A stretch of 62,150 bases of DNA, the filler included, from Globobulimina sp. (taxonomy: Eukaryota): NCBI GenBank assembly GCA_003354225.1. It is 15 parts of 15 records of this genome, joined end to end, with 100 filler letters (N's around TTAATTAATTAA, not from the genome) between each part and the next. Parts side by side here need not be neighbours in the genome. Positions count along the whole stretch, not along the records: positions 8,308 to 12,360 come from PIVH01001679.1; positions 12,461 to 16,512 come from PIVH01001680.1; positions 16,613 to 20,664 come from PIVH01001681.1; positions 20,765 to 24,816 come from PIVH01001682.1; 11 more parts are not named here. One strand, given 5' to 3'. The notes under the pieces are model-generated. The model did not search any database. It worked only from the letters and a program-made list of their open reading frames with translations, and was not told the DNA's origin. Every line of letters starts with the position of its first letter. Position 1 is the first letter of the stretch. Made by a program: the position numbers and the translations under genes. Positions 12,001-23,095 of the stretch are shown here, in pieces.

Positions 12001-12102
12001 TGTGGTATCCTGAATGTTTGTTTTTACGCATTGGATGATATCTGTTGGTGCAGCATCCAGTATAATTGTCTTGGAATGTGCGGTTTTAATAAAAATTTGC
12101 AT
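9055..12102 (-). CDS. Ubl-ubiquitin-VWA-(UBA-like)-Josephin-like deubiquitinase fusion; two introns and one frameshift
   Basis: Exons 12102-11864, 11805-11030 and 10971 onwards (two 58-nt GT-AG introns). Ub units end FHLRGG and LRLRGG. VWA MIDAS motifs DISGS/GGTN/LTDA. Josephin-like IYYEAQ...[11 protein letters not shown] and [17 protein letters not shown]. Frame change between about 9300 and 9247. Confidence 0.8.
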
Positions 12103-12460
12103 TCTGCTTAATCTGGTTCTGGTTTGAAGATTGTTTGCTATTTTGTTCACTTCAGTAAAACTTTTAACATCACTGAAATTTATTTACCTGATGCATTTAA
12201 AGTGAAAGGAAGGAAAATAGGTTAATAATAAAATGTTAATTGTTCCCGATGAAACACAACCTTTAAGAATTCAATTTTGACTTTCAATGTTTTTATTTTG
12301 AATAATCTGTAAAAAACTGTAAATTCAAAGAGTTTACAGTAAAAACAGTAATTTCAAACTNNNNNNNNNNNNNNNNNNNNNNNNNNNNNNNNNNNNNNNN
12401 NNNNTTAATTAATTAANNNNNNNNNNNNNNNNNNNNNNNNNNNNNNNNNNNNNNNNNNNN

Positions 12461-15070
12461 CTTTAACAGAAAATGATTCTCCGACCATTTATCCTTTTGA
12501 TATAAATAATGTTTGGCAGATTTCAATAACGTACTTATAACATTTTCATCCCATTCCAATTCCACATTAATTGAATGTGCACAAATTGCAGAACAAAGTC
12601 CGAGCGTATAATCCAACATTAAACAATGCGTTGCCGTGCACACTTTATTCCGTCCTCTTTTCTCTTTATTTTTATTCATTTGGCACTTAATAATCAAATT
12701 ACACAAAAAATTCAACACCGCATGTTTATTATCAGTCAACTGTTCATTGTACGGAATGCGGCTCAATGTACAACAAATAGAAAAGGCGCATTCCTGCGGA
12801 ATATCCACCCGCAATTCCTGCAAATACTGCAGCATTTTATTGATTTGCTTCACCATTTGTACCGGTATAACATTACCAACGTCCAACTTATTCGCATTAT
12901 TTTTCAACTCAACCACATGTTTCCTGAATTCCGCAGCAATGTGCAACAAAAAATCGATAATATTCGGGTCCTCCTTCATATATTTTTGTCCCTGCTGCGA
13001 AATATTAAACTGATTCAAAACATGAATCACAAATTCAATCACTTTATCCCTGACACACTGATTCTTGTTTTTATTCCGATGCTGCCCATCCATGCAATCA
13101 CTGTCTTCGTCCTCCTCCACTTCCATATCATCCTCAATATCAATCAACATTTTATTCTTATTATACGCATTATGTTTGTCGTCCGCTAACAGCTCGTCTT
13201 TGTACGTTAACATCGCACTCAATATATTCATATAAAACTGCGGCTCTCCGGCCAATTCACAGTCGACTACCTCCCAGATATTGGACACAATGTAATCGAA
13301 TAACTTTATATAATGTTTGAGAGCGCGGTCGTTGTAATTATTTTCAATTTGGGTGCCAGGTTTGCCGCAAATCGAGATGCTCCAACAAAGAGTGGATAGC
13401 TGTTCCAGCGTGAATATAGAAGTCAAGTTATTGTGTTGCTGTTTGCTGATTAAGTCGCAGCTATTTTTGACGCACCATATCATAGGGCCGTGGATCAAAG
13501 TATCTTTTTTGTATTTGGATAAATACGCTTTGACCCTAGCTATGCTCCACGCAAATTTGGTGATGATGTCGCTGGAGATCTCGTTGTAAGTCAATTTCTT
13601 CACTTTGCCGTATAAGTCCTTCCAGAAGTTATCGTTGCGATATTTGGCGAAACCAAAACACCAAATTAATTTCTCGAATTCACGTTTATCGAAAATGCTC
13701 GTTTTTTTCAGATTTTTGCTCTTTTCATCGAATTTTATCATCGATTTCGCACAAACCGACAATAAAACTGTCGATTCATGCGTTTGCGTGGTATATTCCT
13801 TTGCAATTTGGACAGTTATGGACACGAACGCTTTTTTTATGCCAATGAATTGTGTGTCGCTTAATACATTGTCAATGTTATGACACTTTGAAATGAGCGA
13901 ATGGAGGATATTTATACCGGATTTTTTAATGATTTCCTTATCGAATATTTTGGTCACATTTTCCACTTTGTCGTCGGCGATAAACTTAATGAATTTGCTC
14001 AAATACTTTAATTTGTGCAACGCAGTGAATATTTTGCTCAATAAAATAATATTTAATTTGCTTTTGGGCGATTTGAATAAAGCACAACATTTATTATACA
14101 ATAACTGCACATAATTACTATTCAATTTACTTTTATATTTATCCAACACACATAACATAACACAAATAAACTCTGCATTCATATCCTTAAAATATACATT
14201 CATGGCATAATTGGTCAGGTTAATAATGAAAATGTCGACACTTTCTGGCTTGTGATTGATGCAAATGATTTGTTTCAAAATGTAATAAATTATCTTACTG
14301 TCAAATAAATGATTATATGTCTGCCCGTTTTGTATCCTATGCGTTATATTTTTCTTTTCGAAGTGAATGTTTTCATTGGTTTTGGCGAAAAACTGTTCAA
14401 ATATTTTCTTTTCATTGAACTGTTTTCGATGAAAAATGACAGAATCGAATAAACGCATAAAATGCGTGCCGTTCATAGGGAAACGGGTCAAATATGTCGG
14501 CAAATATGATTTTAACAGCGACCTGAAAAAACCATCAGATTTGGAGGACAAACTCGATATAAAATGACACGAAATTATCAGTGATAATACATCCAATGAC
14601 AATGCATTTAATTTTAATTTTTGTCGTACGAAATTGTTTAATTTATCGAATATTTTCTTGCGAAAATTTTCATTTTTTTCGTTTTTTTTTTCGTTTATTT
14701 TTGTGTCTGCTTTGTAATGATCCACTGCGTAATGTGCATATTCAATTAAATAACAAACGATTGTGGTTTCTGCGAGATTGGATGAGGAATTTATTACATT
14801 CCAGCCACGGACGGTAATGGTATCGGCTTTGTTGGTGCTGTTTTTAGTGCCATTTTGTAAATGTTTGGCCAATATTTGGCGATCTGTGATGGATAATGGA
14901 TTTAGACATTTTATCATTGGACAAAATGCGTCCTGACATTTGTTATTGGTGGTGATGCTGTAGACAAATGAGCGTATTGATTGATCGTAATTTGAGCATT
15001 CGTTGATTTCAAAGACATCTTTGTTTGCTAATTGTTGTGTGTCGGTTTTTGATTCATGGCTCTGTTCCAT
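12461..15070 (-). CDS. Large alpha-helical repeat protein (OPR/FASTK-like repeats), partial
   Basis: About 870-aa ORF with repeats FEKLIWCFG, ITKFAWSIARV, LSTLCWSISIC. Confidence 0.55.
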
Positions 15071-15275
15071 GCAAATGGTTTGATGCTCATATTCTGTGCA
15101 AAAAGGGTGGTGTTCAGAGGTGATATTTTATGTGTGAATGAATGAATGGTCATACCCAAAGGAGGCATCGACTCCATCACTAAAAAGTTTTTTTTTTAAT
15201 AGGTTTTTGACTTCTTAGCTATGATATCTTCAATGGATCATAGCAAAGCAACAACAAAGAACAACAAATCACTCA

Positions 15276-15908
15276 TTAATTAGAGATAACTTCTATCGCA
15301 TCATTGGCATTGAATGCAATTGCCACTCTGTATCCATTTCGTATGATAATATTTTGAATGGTTTTTAAAACGATTCTATTTTTAGAAAATGTAACAGTTT
15401 TGGCTTCCAAATTAACATCACAACCATAAACGTCTCCAATTTGTACATTCCAATCATTTTTATCCATTAAAATATATTCTCCAGCATTGAATATAAAACT
15501 CATTCCAGTCCACAACAAAATAGATTTATTTTTTGATTTTTGAAACCATGCACCCAAATGTTTGCATGCTTCGTTCTCCTGAGTTATACCTAAAACTCCC
15601 CAACAATTAGATCTTCCGCATTCAACCACTTTGAACTTCCAGTTTACCCTCGATTCAGTGAATCGAACACTGAAAGCATTGTACCAACCATTCACATTTC
15701 CCAAATCCACAGTAAATTGCTTCTTTTTCACCAACGTGTTTTGTATAATCATTAAATCATCAGTTATTGAAGAATCCCAAAATGAATAAAATCCATAAAT
15801 AATCATCTTAATATCCTCGGTCATAAACAGTGTACGTCCAATGTATCCATAAACAATCAAATGTTGATTGTTTCCATCATGGTCAATGAAGTGTTCATAT
15901 CTGTCCAT
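15276..15908 (-). CDS. SPRY/B30.2-like domain protein
   Basis: WKFKV, VLGI and GDVYGCDVNLEAKTVTFSKN patterns. Confidence 0.65.
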   Translation of the reverse strand: MDRYEHFIDHDGNNQHLIVYGYIGRTLFMTEDIKMIIYGFYSFWDSSITDDLMIIQNTLVKKKQFTVDLGNVNGWYNAFSVRFTESRVNWKFKVVECGRSNCWGVLGITQENEACKHLGAWFQKSKNKSILLWTGMSFIFNAGEYILMDKNDWNVQIGDVYGCDVNLEAKTVTFSKNRIVLKTIQNIIIRNGYRVAIAFNANDAIEVISN

Positions 15909-16037
15909 TATTTAGTAGTAAAAACTGCCACTTCAAGAAAAACGTTTGCATTTAAAGATCGGAAATAGTCAAATAGTTGCTAACATTTTATGGAAATTCT
16001 ATGATAAAATATTTAGATTGATTGGTGTCATTATCCT

Positions 16038-16512
16038 TCATACAATATCCAATGTACTTATTCTCCAATGTTCTTTTCCTTTATTTCCTAACAAATACAC
16101 AAACTCATTCAAATAAAATCTCTGCATAAGTTTCAATAAATAATAAGGAAAATAATGATCTTTCCTCACATATCCAAATACAATTTTTTCATCTTTATTT
16201 TCATCATTGACGGTTGTTGCACTGCCCCATATTGTTGTTGTTGTTGGACATTTAATGTTTGAAACTCTCAAAGTTTTATGAGCCAATGAATAAATTAATA
16301 TGTCATTATATATAATTCTATTATCACAACCTCCGAATATTAGTACATAACTATCACGTATTGCTTTGGTGCATACACACCTCCACATTGCCTGTGGCAA
16401 TGACACAGCCAGTTTATGCCATTTCTTTTGTTTAATATTGTATTCCAAAATAAAGTCTTGGAATTTCCCGGCACCATAATTATATCCACCAAATGCTAAA
16501 CAATTTGATTTA
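16038..16512 (-). CDS. Kelch-repeat protein, C-terminal fragment
   Basis: LAFGG...EYNIKQKKW and YVLIFGG...NDILIYSL repeats. Confidence 0.7.
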
Positions 16513-16612
16513 NNNNNNNNNNNNNNNNNNNNNNNNNNNNNNNNNNNNNNNNNNNNTTAATTAATTAANNNNNNNNNNNNNNNNNNNNNNNNNNNNNNNN
16601 NNNNNNNNNNNN

Positions 16613-17221
16613 GATTATTCCAGCTACGATTTTCCTGCAGATTATGCAACACCGCGAATTATTGTTGATTCAGACAATACCGTGGTCAATCACTATGTTC
16701 AGACATACAAGATTCTTTTTAAAAGTGCAGATGATACGGAAGGTAGTGTACTTATCGACAAAAAAACAAAAAAAATATCATCTGGTGACCAAATCCAATT
16801 CTGGACATACGGCTTTAATTTAACAGACGCAACAGCTGATGACTGGTTTGAAACAAGTGATGTCATCACATTTGCTCAGGCTCCTGAATTTGCTGTTGAA
16901 GAGCTCGAATTTGAAGATGAGGATGGCACCGCGTTGGTATATAAATATGCCATGTGGGCGGAAGATATAGCTAAAAATGGAACGTTGACCACACCAGCAG
17001 CAGCTTCGACATCAGACTCAACTGATGATGATGACGATACAAATGATGACGTAAATGATGATGATAATAATGATGAAGATAATGATGAAGACGACGATGA
17101 TGATCTTTGCTTTATATCTGCTGCAGGTAGCGGATCTGTGGGATATATAATAACATTATGTAGCTTTATATCTTTATTCTCAGCGGTTTTTATTTTGTTA
17201 AACCTGAAAAAAAAGAAATAG
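16613..17221 (+). CDS. Bacterial surface protein C-terminus with a CFI-box-CTERM-like sorting signal, partial
   Basis: Acidic D-rich linker, CFISAAG, TM helix, KKKK stop. Frame is open from the contig edge. Confidence 0.7.
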   Translation, partial: DYSSYDFPADYATPRIIVDSDNTVVNHYVQTYKILFKSADDTEGSVLIDKKTKKISSGDQIQFWTYGFNLTDATADDWFETSDVITFAQAPEFAVEELEFEDEDGTALVYKYAMWAEDIAKNGTLTTPAAASTSDSTDDDDDTNDDVNDDDNNDEDNDEDDDDDLCFISAAGSGSVGYIITLCSFISLFSAVFILLNLKKKK

Positions 17222-17259
17222 ATTAATTATTCAGTCTAACCGAACAAACAAATCATTTT

Positions 17260-17300
17260 AAACTCGTTCCCTATCAACAATTGGGAACGAGCTTTTTTTT
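17260..17300 (+). terminator. Rho-independent terminator
   Basis: CTCGTTCCC / GGGAACGAG stem followed by T8. Confidence 0.85.
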
Positions 17301-17368
17301 CCTTCCTCAATCAATACCCACTCAATTATATTTTTTTTAATCTTGTCACATTTTTAATATTGGTTTAT

Positions 17369-18052
17369 CTACAGTATCAACAGTGGTTGTTTTAATTTAA
17401 ACTGTTTCAAAACAGATTCTTTATAGGTTCGACAAGTAATGGATATCCGACGGCCATTGACAGCAACAACACCATGTTTCCATTTATATCGCGCTTCGCC
17501 ATTCATCTTAAATATTGTTCCAACATTTTCCTTTAATGTATAATTTAGAGTGTATTTACCATCACCTTTTCTGTAGGTAATACCATTTTGGTTTTTATTT
17601 TCGTTTAATACAACAATCCCAAATACATCTTGCTTGCAGTCCATATGATCGATGTGGAATGGAATCCCTTCGCCAATATTGTATTCACGAACAATTATGT
17701 TTGTTGATTCCAATATTTTGGGATCAAAATTGAATCGATTTAATGTCGCGTGCAATATTTTAGCAATGTTGCAAAGTTTGTTATTATTAAGTTCAAAGAC
17801 TGGCGTTAACGCTTCGCGATCACCATTTAACGGGAATGGATTTGAAATAAAAAAATGTTTATGAAGTGCTATTTGATTATTACATTCTGATGCGAATATT
17901 GCTTCTATTTCTGATAATGCATTCTTTAATAAATCGTAGCAATCCAAGGAATCCACTGTTAAACCATTTGGTGCTTTATTTACATTCTTTAATTTCAATT
18001 TGGTGCTCATCCGCAAGTGTAAAGTTTTTATAACAAAAGTCATGCTTGTCAT
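17369..18052 (-). CDS. AlkB-like 2OG-Fe(II) oxygenase
   Basis: NIIVREYNIGEGIPFHID (HxD), GEARYKWKHGV, RRISITCR. Confidence 0.85.
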   Translation of the reverse strand: MTSMTFVIKTLHLRMSTKLKLKNVNKAPNGLTVDSLDCYDLLKNALSEIEAIFASECNNQIALHKHFFISNPFPLNGDREALTPVFELNNNKLCNIAKILHATLNRFNFDPKILESTNIIVREYNIGEGIPFHIDHMDCKQDVFGIVVLNENKNQNGITYRKGDGKYTLNYTLKENVGTIFKMNGEARYKWKHGVVAVNGRRISITCRTYKESVLKQFKLKQPLLIL

Positions 18053-18128
18053 TAGTCATGCTTGCCATGGTCAGAGGAATCAAAGGAATCATACATCCGC
18101 CTCAAGTAGGTTTTTGACCGCATAAAAT

Positions 18129-18641
18129 TTACGTTTGTGATAATTTATTAGGTAATTCACATAATAAATCAACAGAAATATGTGGATTATTTCTGTAATA
18201 TGAAATAATTTCTTTTTGTTTCTCCTTATTTTCCAATAATATTTTTCCAACTTTTTCTGCATTTTTTAATCCACATTCATCACAGCAATAATATTTTGCT
18301 TCTGTTTTATCATAAATATCTGGTTCATATTGTTTATCATAATAATAACAACTTTGACAAAACAATTTTGTATCCATTCCACATTGATTACATTTTTTTA
18401 TTCCACGACTATTCAATGAATGTCCTTTTATACATATCTTCTTTTGATTAATATCCGTTAATAATGATATTTTAATTTTTTTATTTTCTTTTTTTTCATC
18501 ATCATTATATGTATTTTTCTTTGGTTTATATCTTTGTTTTAATTCATCGATATAATCATTAACTGGTAACATCATTCTTTCTAATCTGTCTAACGATGTT
18601 TCAATTACTTTTTTTATTTTTATAACTTGCTGCTCTGTCAT
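18129..18641 (-). CDS. Zn-finger protein paralogous to the 40138 Zn-finger/GGDEF protein, truncated at the start of the GGDEF domain
   Basis: Shared CxxGH...CxxC...CxxC...YxCxxC pattern. RNNPHISVDLLCELPN aligns with RNPSLALDNLCGIPT. Confidence 0.55.
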   Translation of the reverse strand: MTEQQVIKIKKVIETSLDRLERMMLPVNDYIDELKQRYKPKKNTYNDDEKKENKKIKISLLTDINQKKICIKGHSLNSRGIKKCNQCGMDTKLFCQSCYYYDKQYEPDIYDKTEAKYYCCDECGLKNAEKVGKILLENKEKQKEIISYYRNNPHISVDLLCELPNKLSQT

Positions 18642-19112
18642 ATTTCCTCATTTATAAATTATAATTTGGGACTTGCTGTTAAGGCAATGATGATTGAGTG
18701 ATATATACTGGAAAGCATGAAAGGAGTACAGTCGATGCAAACCGTTTCTGCAAACCGTTTTATTGGGGTAAGGTAGATGCAAACCGTTTCTGGTGACTGA
18801 CAAAGGCAAAAATTATATAGGTTTGCCTTCGTTTCTCAGAAACAATAATAATCTGACGTTGAAAACCGGATGCTCATCGTTATCATTGGAGTTGGCTTAA
18901 GTGGACTTTATTAAGGATGGCCTAGGTCCCAATTTATATTTTTGCAATATAAGAACCTCTAATTAGTACAAAGAAGCACAACAGTTGGGGAAATTCGAAA
19001 TCCGATCACCAAAAAACACGTCAGGAAGTGGCCATTGATATGTTATTAATATACAGAAAAAAAAGGAAATTTTGAATAAAATAATTCAAACAAAACATCG
19101 TTAAAATAATTC

Positions 19113-20664
19113 TCAGTATGCGTTAAAATATTTAGCATAGCCCAATTTTTGCAAATCTTTGGTTTCATTAAAATATAAAACATCATTTGCATCTTTCTCA
19201 GTCGCTATTATTTTATGAGACATTATTTTTGAATCAGTTTTTAATAATTTTTTAATTTTCTCTTTATTCTCTTTATCCTGTTTATATAATTGTATTGCTA
19301 TCGATTTTGATTGCTTTCCTAATATTTTATGTTTATAAAATTGTATAATATCATTAAGACTCAATTTGTTTAATATTTGTATATATTTTTGTTTCCATTT
19401 GAAAAAATATGTATGCCCAATAATTTCATCCCAAATAAGTGATGTTTCTTGCGATAATCGCAAATATTTCTGTTTTAAATCATTGACAGTTGCATTGACA
19501 TATAATTTAAATTTTTTCTTGCTCAACTTTAATAATATATTTTTATAATAATGTTGTTCAACAAAATGTTTTATTCGAAAATTTAAATAATTTGCAGATT
19601 TATAACCAGACACAACCATAATTACTAAATAATTTATATTATTTGTAGCGCCAACGGATGATTTACTAAAAGTTGTGGCCACATAACCCAATGATTCCTC
19701 TGTTCGCAGCACCTGAAAACATTCAGATTTCATCATCCGCGCCAATAACAATACTTTGCACGTCTCGATATAGTTATTTTCTACAAACGAATTACCACCA
19801 AATTGATACCAAATTTGGGCCACATCATTTGTATCTTTCTCATTTGTATTATATCCCTGATATATAAATCTATGATATCTCTGTCCTTCGATATTCATCT
19901 CCAATTTCATATGTTCCATTTTGAATAAATTATTTACAAAAACATTTTTATCTTTTGCCTGTTTTATATTTATGCCGCTGCCACGTATCTTTGCCACCAA
20001 ATTAATAACATGTTGCTTATATATATTGCCATGAAATAAGCCTTCAATCAAGAAACCGCTCGATAACACCTCATTTATATAGGACATAATATCGCCGATA
20101 ATGGCATGTTTCGGTGATGATAATAAACCATTTACAATGTCTAACATTAAATTCCTATCATAATGAGGTATTTTAACAATATCATACATAGAAAAATAGC
20201 CTTGGGTCCAGACATGATCATAATTTAAATTCTTATATGTTTTCTGCAATGAAATCAATATATTATGCAATACCTTGTATCTACGCTCAGCTTTATCTCT
20301 ATAAATATGCTGTTTTATATTTACTAAATACACATTGATGAACTCTTCAAACAAAGTGGTTAAATGTTTTTTATTCAACCCCGTAAAGGATAGTACAATG
20401 CCTTGGTGATTTAATGATAACTCAAATGAATATGAGGCGGCAGATACAAATGCGTACCATTCCGAGGAATAAAAATCTATAAATTGCAGCCATATCTCTG
20501 CATAGATTCCATTAATGGGTTTATCGTATATTAATGGAGAGAGTAACAAGAGATTTATATTTATTCGCGGACTGCCAAACTTATTGTCTCCTTTGTACCA
20601 AATATTCATCGATGGCTCTTTGATTAATAATATTGCTGAAATTGCAAATTTATCTCCTTTGTTT
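19113..20664 (-). CDS. Insulysin/pitrilysin-like M16 metallopeptidase, C-terminal half
   Basis: IWYKGDNKFGSPR and FQVLRTEESLGYV motifs. Confidence 0.85.
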
Positions 20665-20764
20665 NNNNNNNNNNNNNNNNNNNNNNNNNNNNNNNNNNNN
20701 NNNNNNNNTTAATTAATTAANNNNNNNNNNNNNNNNNNNNNNNNNNNNNNNNNNNNNNNNNNNN

Positions 20765-21153
20765 CCTGGAAATTGGGAACAGTCGACGTGCACCAAAAGG
20801 TTATGACATCCGCGATGCCTCCGCTATTATCTAAATGTAAAAAAGATGCCCAAGCCACGGTGCAAGTTTCTGAAATCGAGCCGCCTTTGGCATATAAAAC
20901 GGCGGGGGAAAATTTTGAGAAATTTTTAGGAGAAATTATGGATCGATGGCGAGTTCATGCAATGGGAATGGTTAAGGAAGGAATGGAAAAGAATTGCATT
21001 GATCATAACAAACGAATTGGAGCAGGCGATATGTGCAAAGTGGTTAAATGTTTGCATGATCACATGAAGTCCATCGAAGCTACGAAGGAATTTGATCAAT
21101 CATTTAAAGCCATGAGAGGGCATAAAATTGATCGAGTGTATACTTTAGAATAG
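20765..21153 (+). CDS. Hypothetical protein fragment whose stop codon lies inside a MITE TIR
   Basis: ORF runs from the contig edge; TAG 21151-21153 is within the inverted repeat. Confidence 0.4.
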
Positions 21154-21356
21154 GACCTGTTTGAAACACATTGTTTTTAAAATTACAGTTTGAATTCGAA
21201 ACATTTCGTTTTTGAAACACTGCCTGTTTATAGCCTATGGGCGAATGAATGTAATATTCTATGCATCACGAATTTAAAACATGGTGAGTTTAAAATAAGC
21301 TCTTTAAATCAAATTTCCAAAAAGCAATATTCTAAACACGTCCTATTCTAAAGTAT
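21140..21356. mobile_element. MITE with TA-flanked CTTTAGAATAGGAC TIRs
   Basis: 21140-21162 ATACTTTAGAATAGGACCTGTTT versus 21334-21356 AAACACGTCCTATTCTAAAGTAT: 22/23 inverted match. Confidence 0.75.
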
Positions 21357-21495
21357 TTGGTGATCTAATACAACTTTTTAGTGTGATTCATGTGGTAAAC
21401 TTTATTTTGTCAAATTCCTCAAGCATGTGGAGATACACGTGTGGAGATACAAAGTTTTTCAGTGTGAACGAGGCTGATACTTTTCAACAACAAAA

Positions 21496-22580
21496 TTAAA
21501 TTTGAATGACAGTATTGTCCCCCGCTATATTGAGAACATTGGTGCGTCTCCCTTTAGCATTGCCATATAATCCATTAATTCGCACATTCGAATTCTGTGT
21601 TACTTGATTATTTTTATACATTCTATAAATTTTATTAATAACAAAAGTTTGCTTTGCTCTTCTTTCAGCCATTAACCTCAAATGTTTGTTGGATGTAAAG
21701 CGACTTTCTCGCCTCATCGCATATTTTGTATCATAACTGGTCATGTTTTGAACCACCGCCATCAACGATTCATCAATCTTGGTTTTGCTATGATGTTTTT
21801 TCCCTTTTCTCTTCTTATTTTTTTTATTTATTTTATCCATTGCTTTCAAATGAAGAGTACCAAACATTTCAGGCCTTAAAGTTTTTGCTTTTCTTTGCAT
21901 TTTAGCATCAAACTTTGGATTCTTCCGTTCGACTAACAATTTATCATTGGCTCTCCCAGTAAATTGCAATATATTTTGCATACTCAACGATTTATTCATC
22001 GTCTTATGATTCATATTCTTAATCCGCTGCAAATACTGCACTTTAAACGCATCCTTTGCATCTTTGATTTTTGTATAAAAGTCGACATATTTTTTCCGAA
22101 TTTCCATTTCAAATTCTTTCGGAAATAAATATAACTGCTTGCGAGGGATGGATAAAATCGTAGCATTGTGACTGATACACGACGCAGTGCACAAATTCAT
22201 AGCACATTCGCCGTCAATCGATTCCAATGCAAACCAAGCGCCGCGCGACAATGTGGAGATTAATAAGTGGAACGAGCGGGTAATCTCTTTGCATTCCCAT
22301 ATTGTCCCATGATTTATCGGATACTCATTGCATAATTGCAGCACAATTTCGTTGTTTAATATAATTTCACCATCCACCACTAAATAGATATGGTTCGCCG
22401 ACGTATCTTGAAAGTATAAGCATTCACCATTTGTAATCTTGTGATACTTCAATATGCGGATTATTTGTTGTTGCGAGGTTGCTGATAAAGTCTTGAAATA
22501 TTCCCTATGATTTAACAAAAATTGAGCATTCCGTTTTTTTTCTTGATCTAATAAACGATTTACAAACCACCAATGTTGAA
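21496..22580 (-). CDS. Cyclic-nucleotide-binding domain protein (eukaryotic), 5'-truncated
   Basis: GECLYFQDTSANHIYLVVDGEI and LSRGAWF cNMP motifs. The ORF-track N-terminus is merely antisense to the phage gene. Confidence 0.7.
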
Positions 22581-22594
22581 AAGGTATACATAAC

Positions 22595-23095
22595 ATGAAA
22601 CCAAACATAACCGAAATTATCGGCCAACACGTAAACCTGAAAAAAAACGGGCACAACCATTTTGGCCTATGCCCTTTTCATGTGGAAAAAACCCCGTCCT
22701 TTTCAGTATCGACCAGTAAACAAAAATTCAAGTGCTTTGGGTGTGGAATCGGTGGAGATGTTATTGATTTTATCCAGAAATATTTCAACCTGACATTTCC
22801 CGAAGCCAAACGACATTTGCAAATGGAACCGGACAAAAAAAGCCGGGAACAGATAGCGCGTGAAAAAGTGCAAGCGGAATTAGTGGCAGATTTCCGCGAT
22901 TGGGTTGCAAAATACAGCACAGATATAGGCCGACAGATTCGAAACGCACATATATGGCTTTCAAGGGCAACCCCAGAAGAGATTGAACAGTTCGGGTCTA
23001 TTTACCACGGGTTGACTATGTGGGAACACCGGCTTGATGTGATTATTAATGGAACGGATGTGGACCGCTTTAAACTATATCAGGAGATCCGATAA
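22595..23095 (+). CDS. CHC2 zinc-finger (DnaG-type Zn-binding domain) protein without TOPRIM, phage/prophage
   Basis: GLCPFHVEKTPSFSV...FKCFGCGIGGDVIDF. AAAGG upstream of the start. Confidence 0.9.
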   Translation: MKPNITEIIGQHVNLKKNGHNHFGLCPFHVEKTPSFSVSTSKQKFKCFGCGIGGDVIDFIQKYFNLTFPEAKRHLQMEPDKKSREQIAREKVQAELVADFRDWVAKYSTDIGRQIRNAHIWLSRATPEEIEQFGSIYHGLTMWEHRLDVIINGTDVDRFKLYQEIR

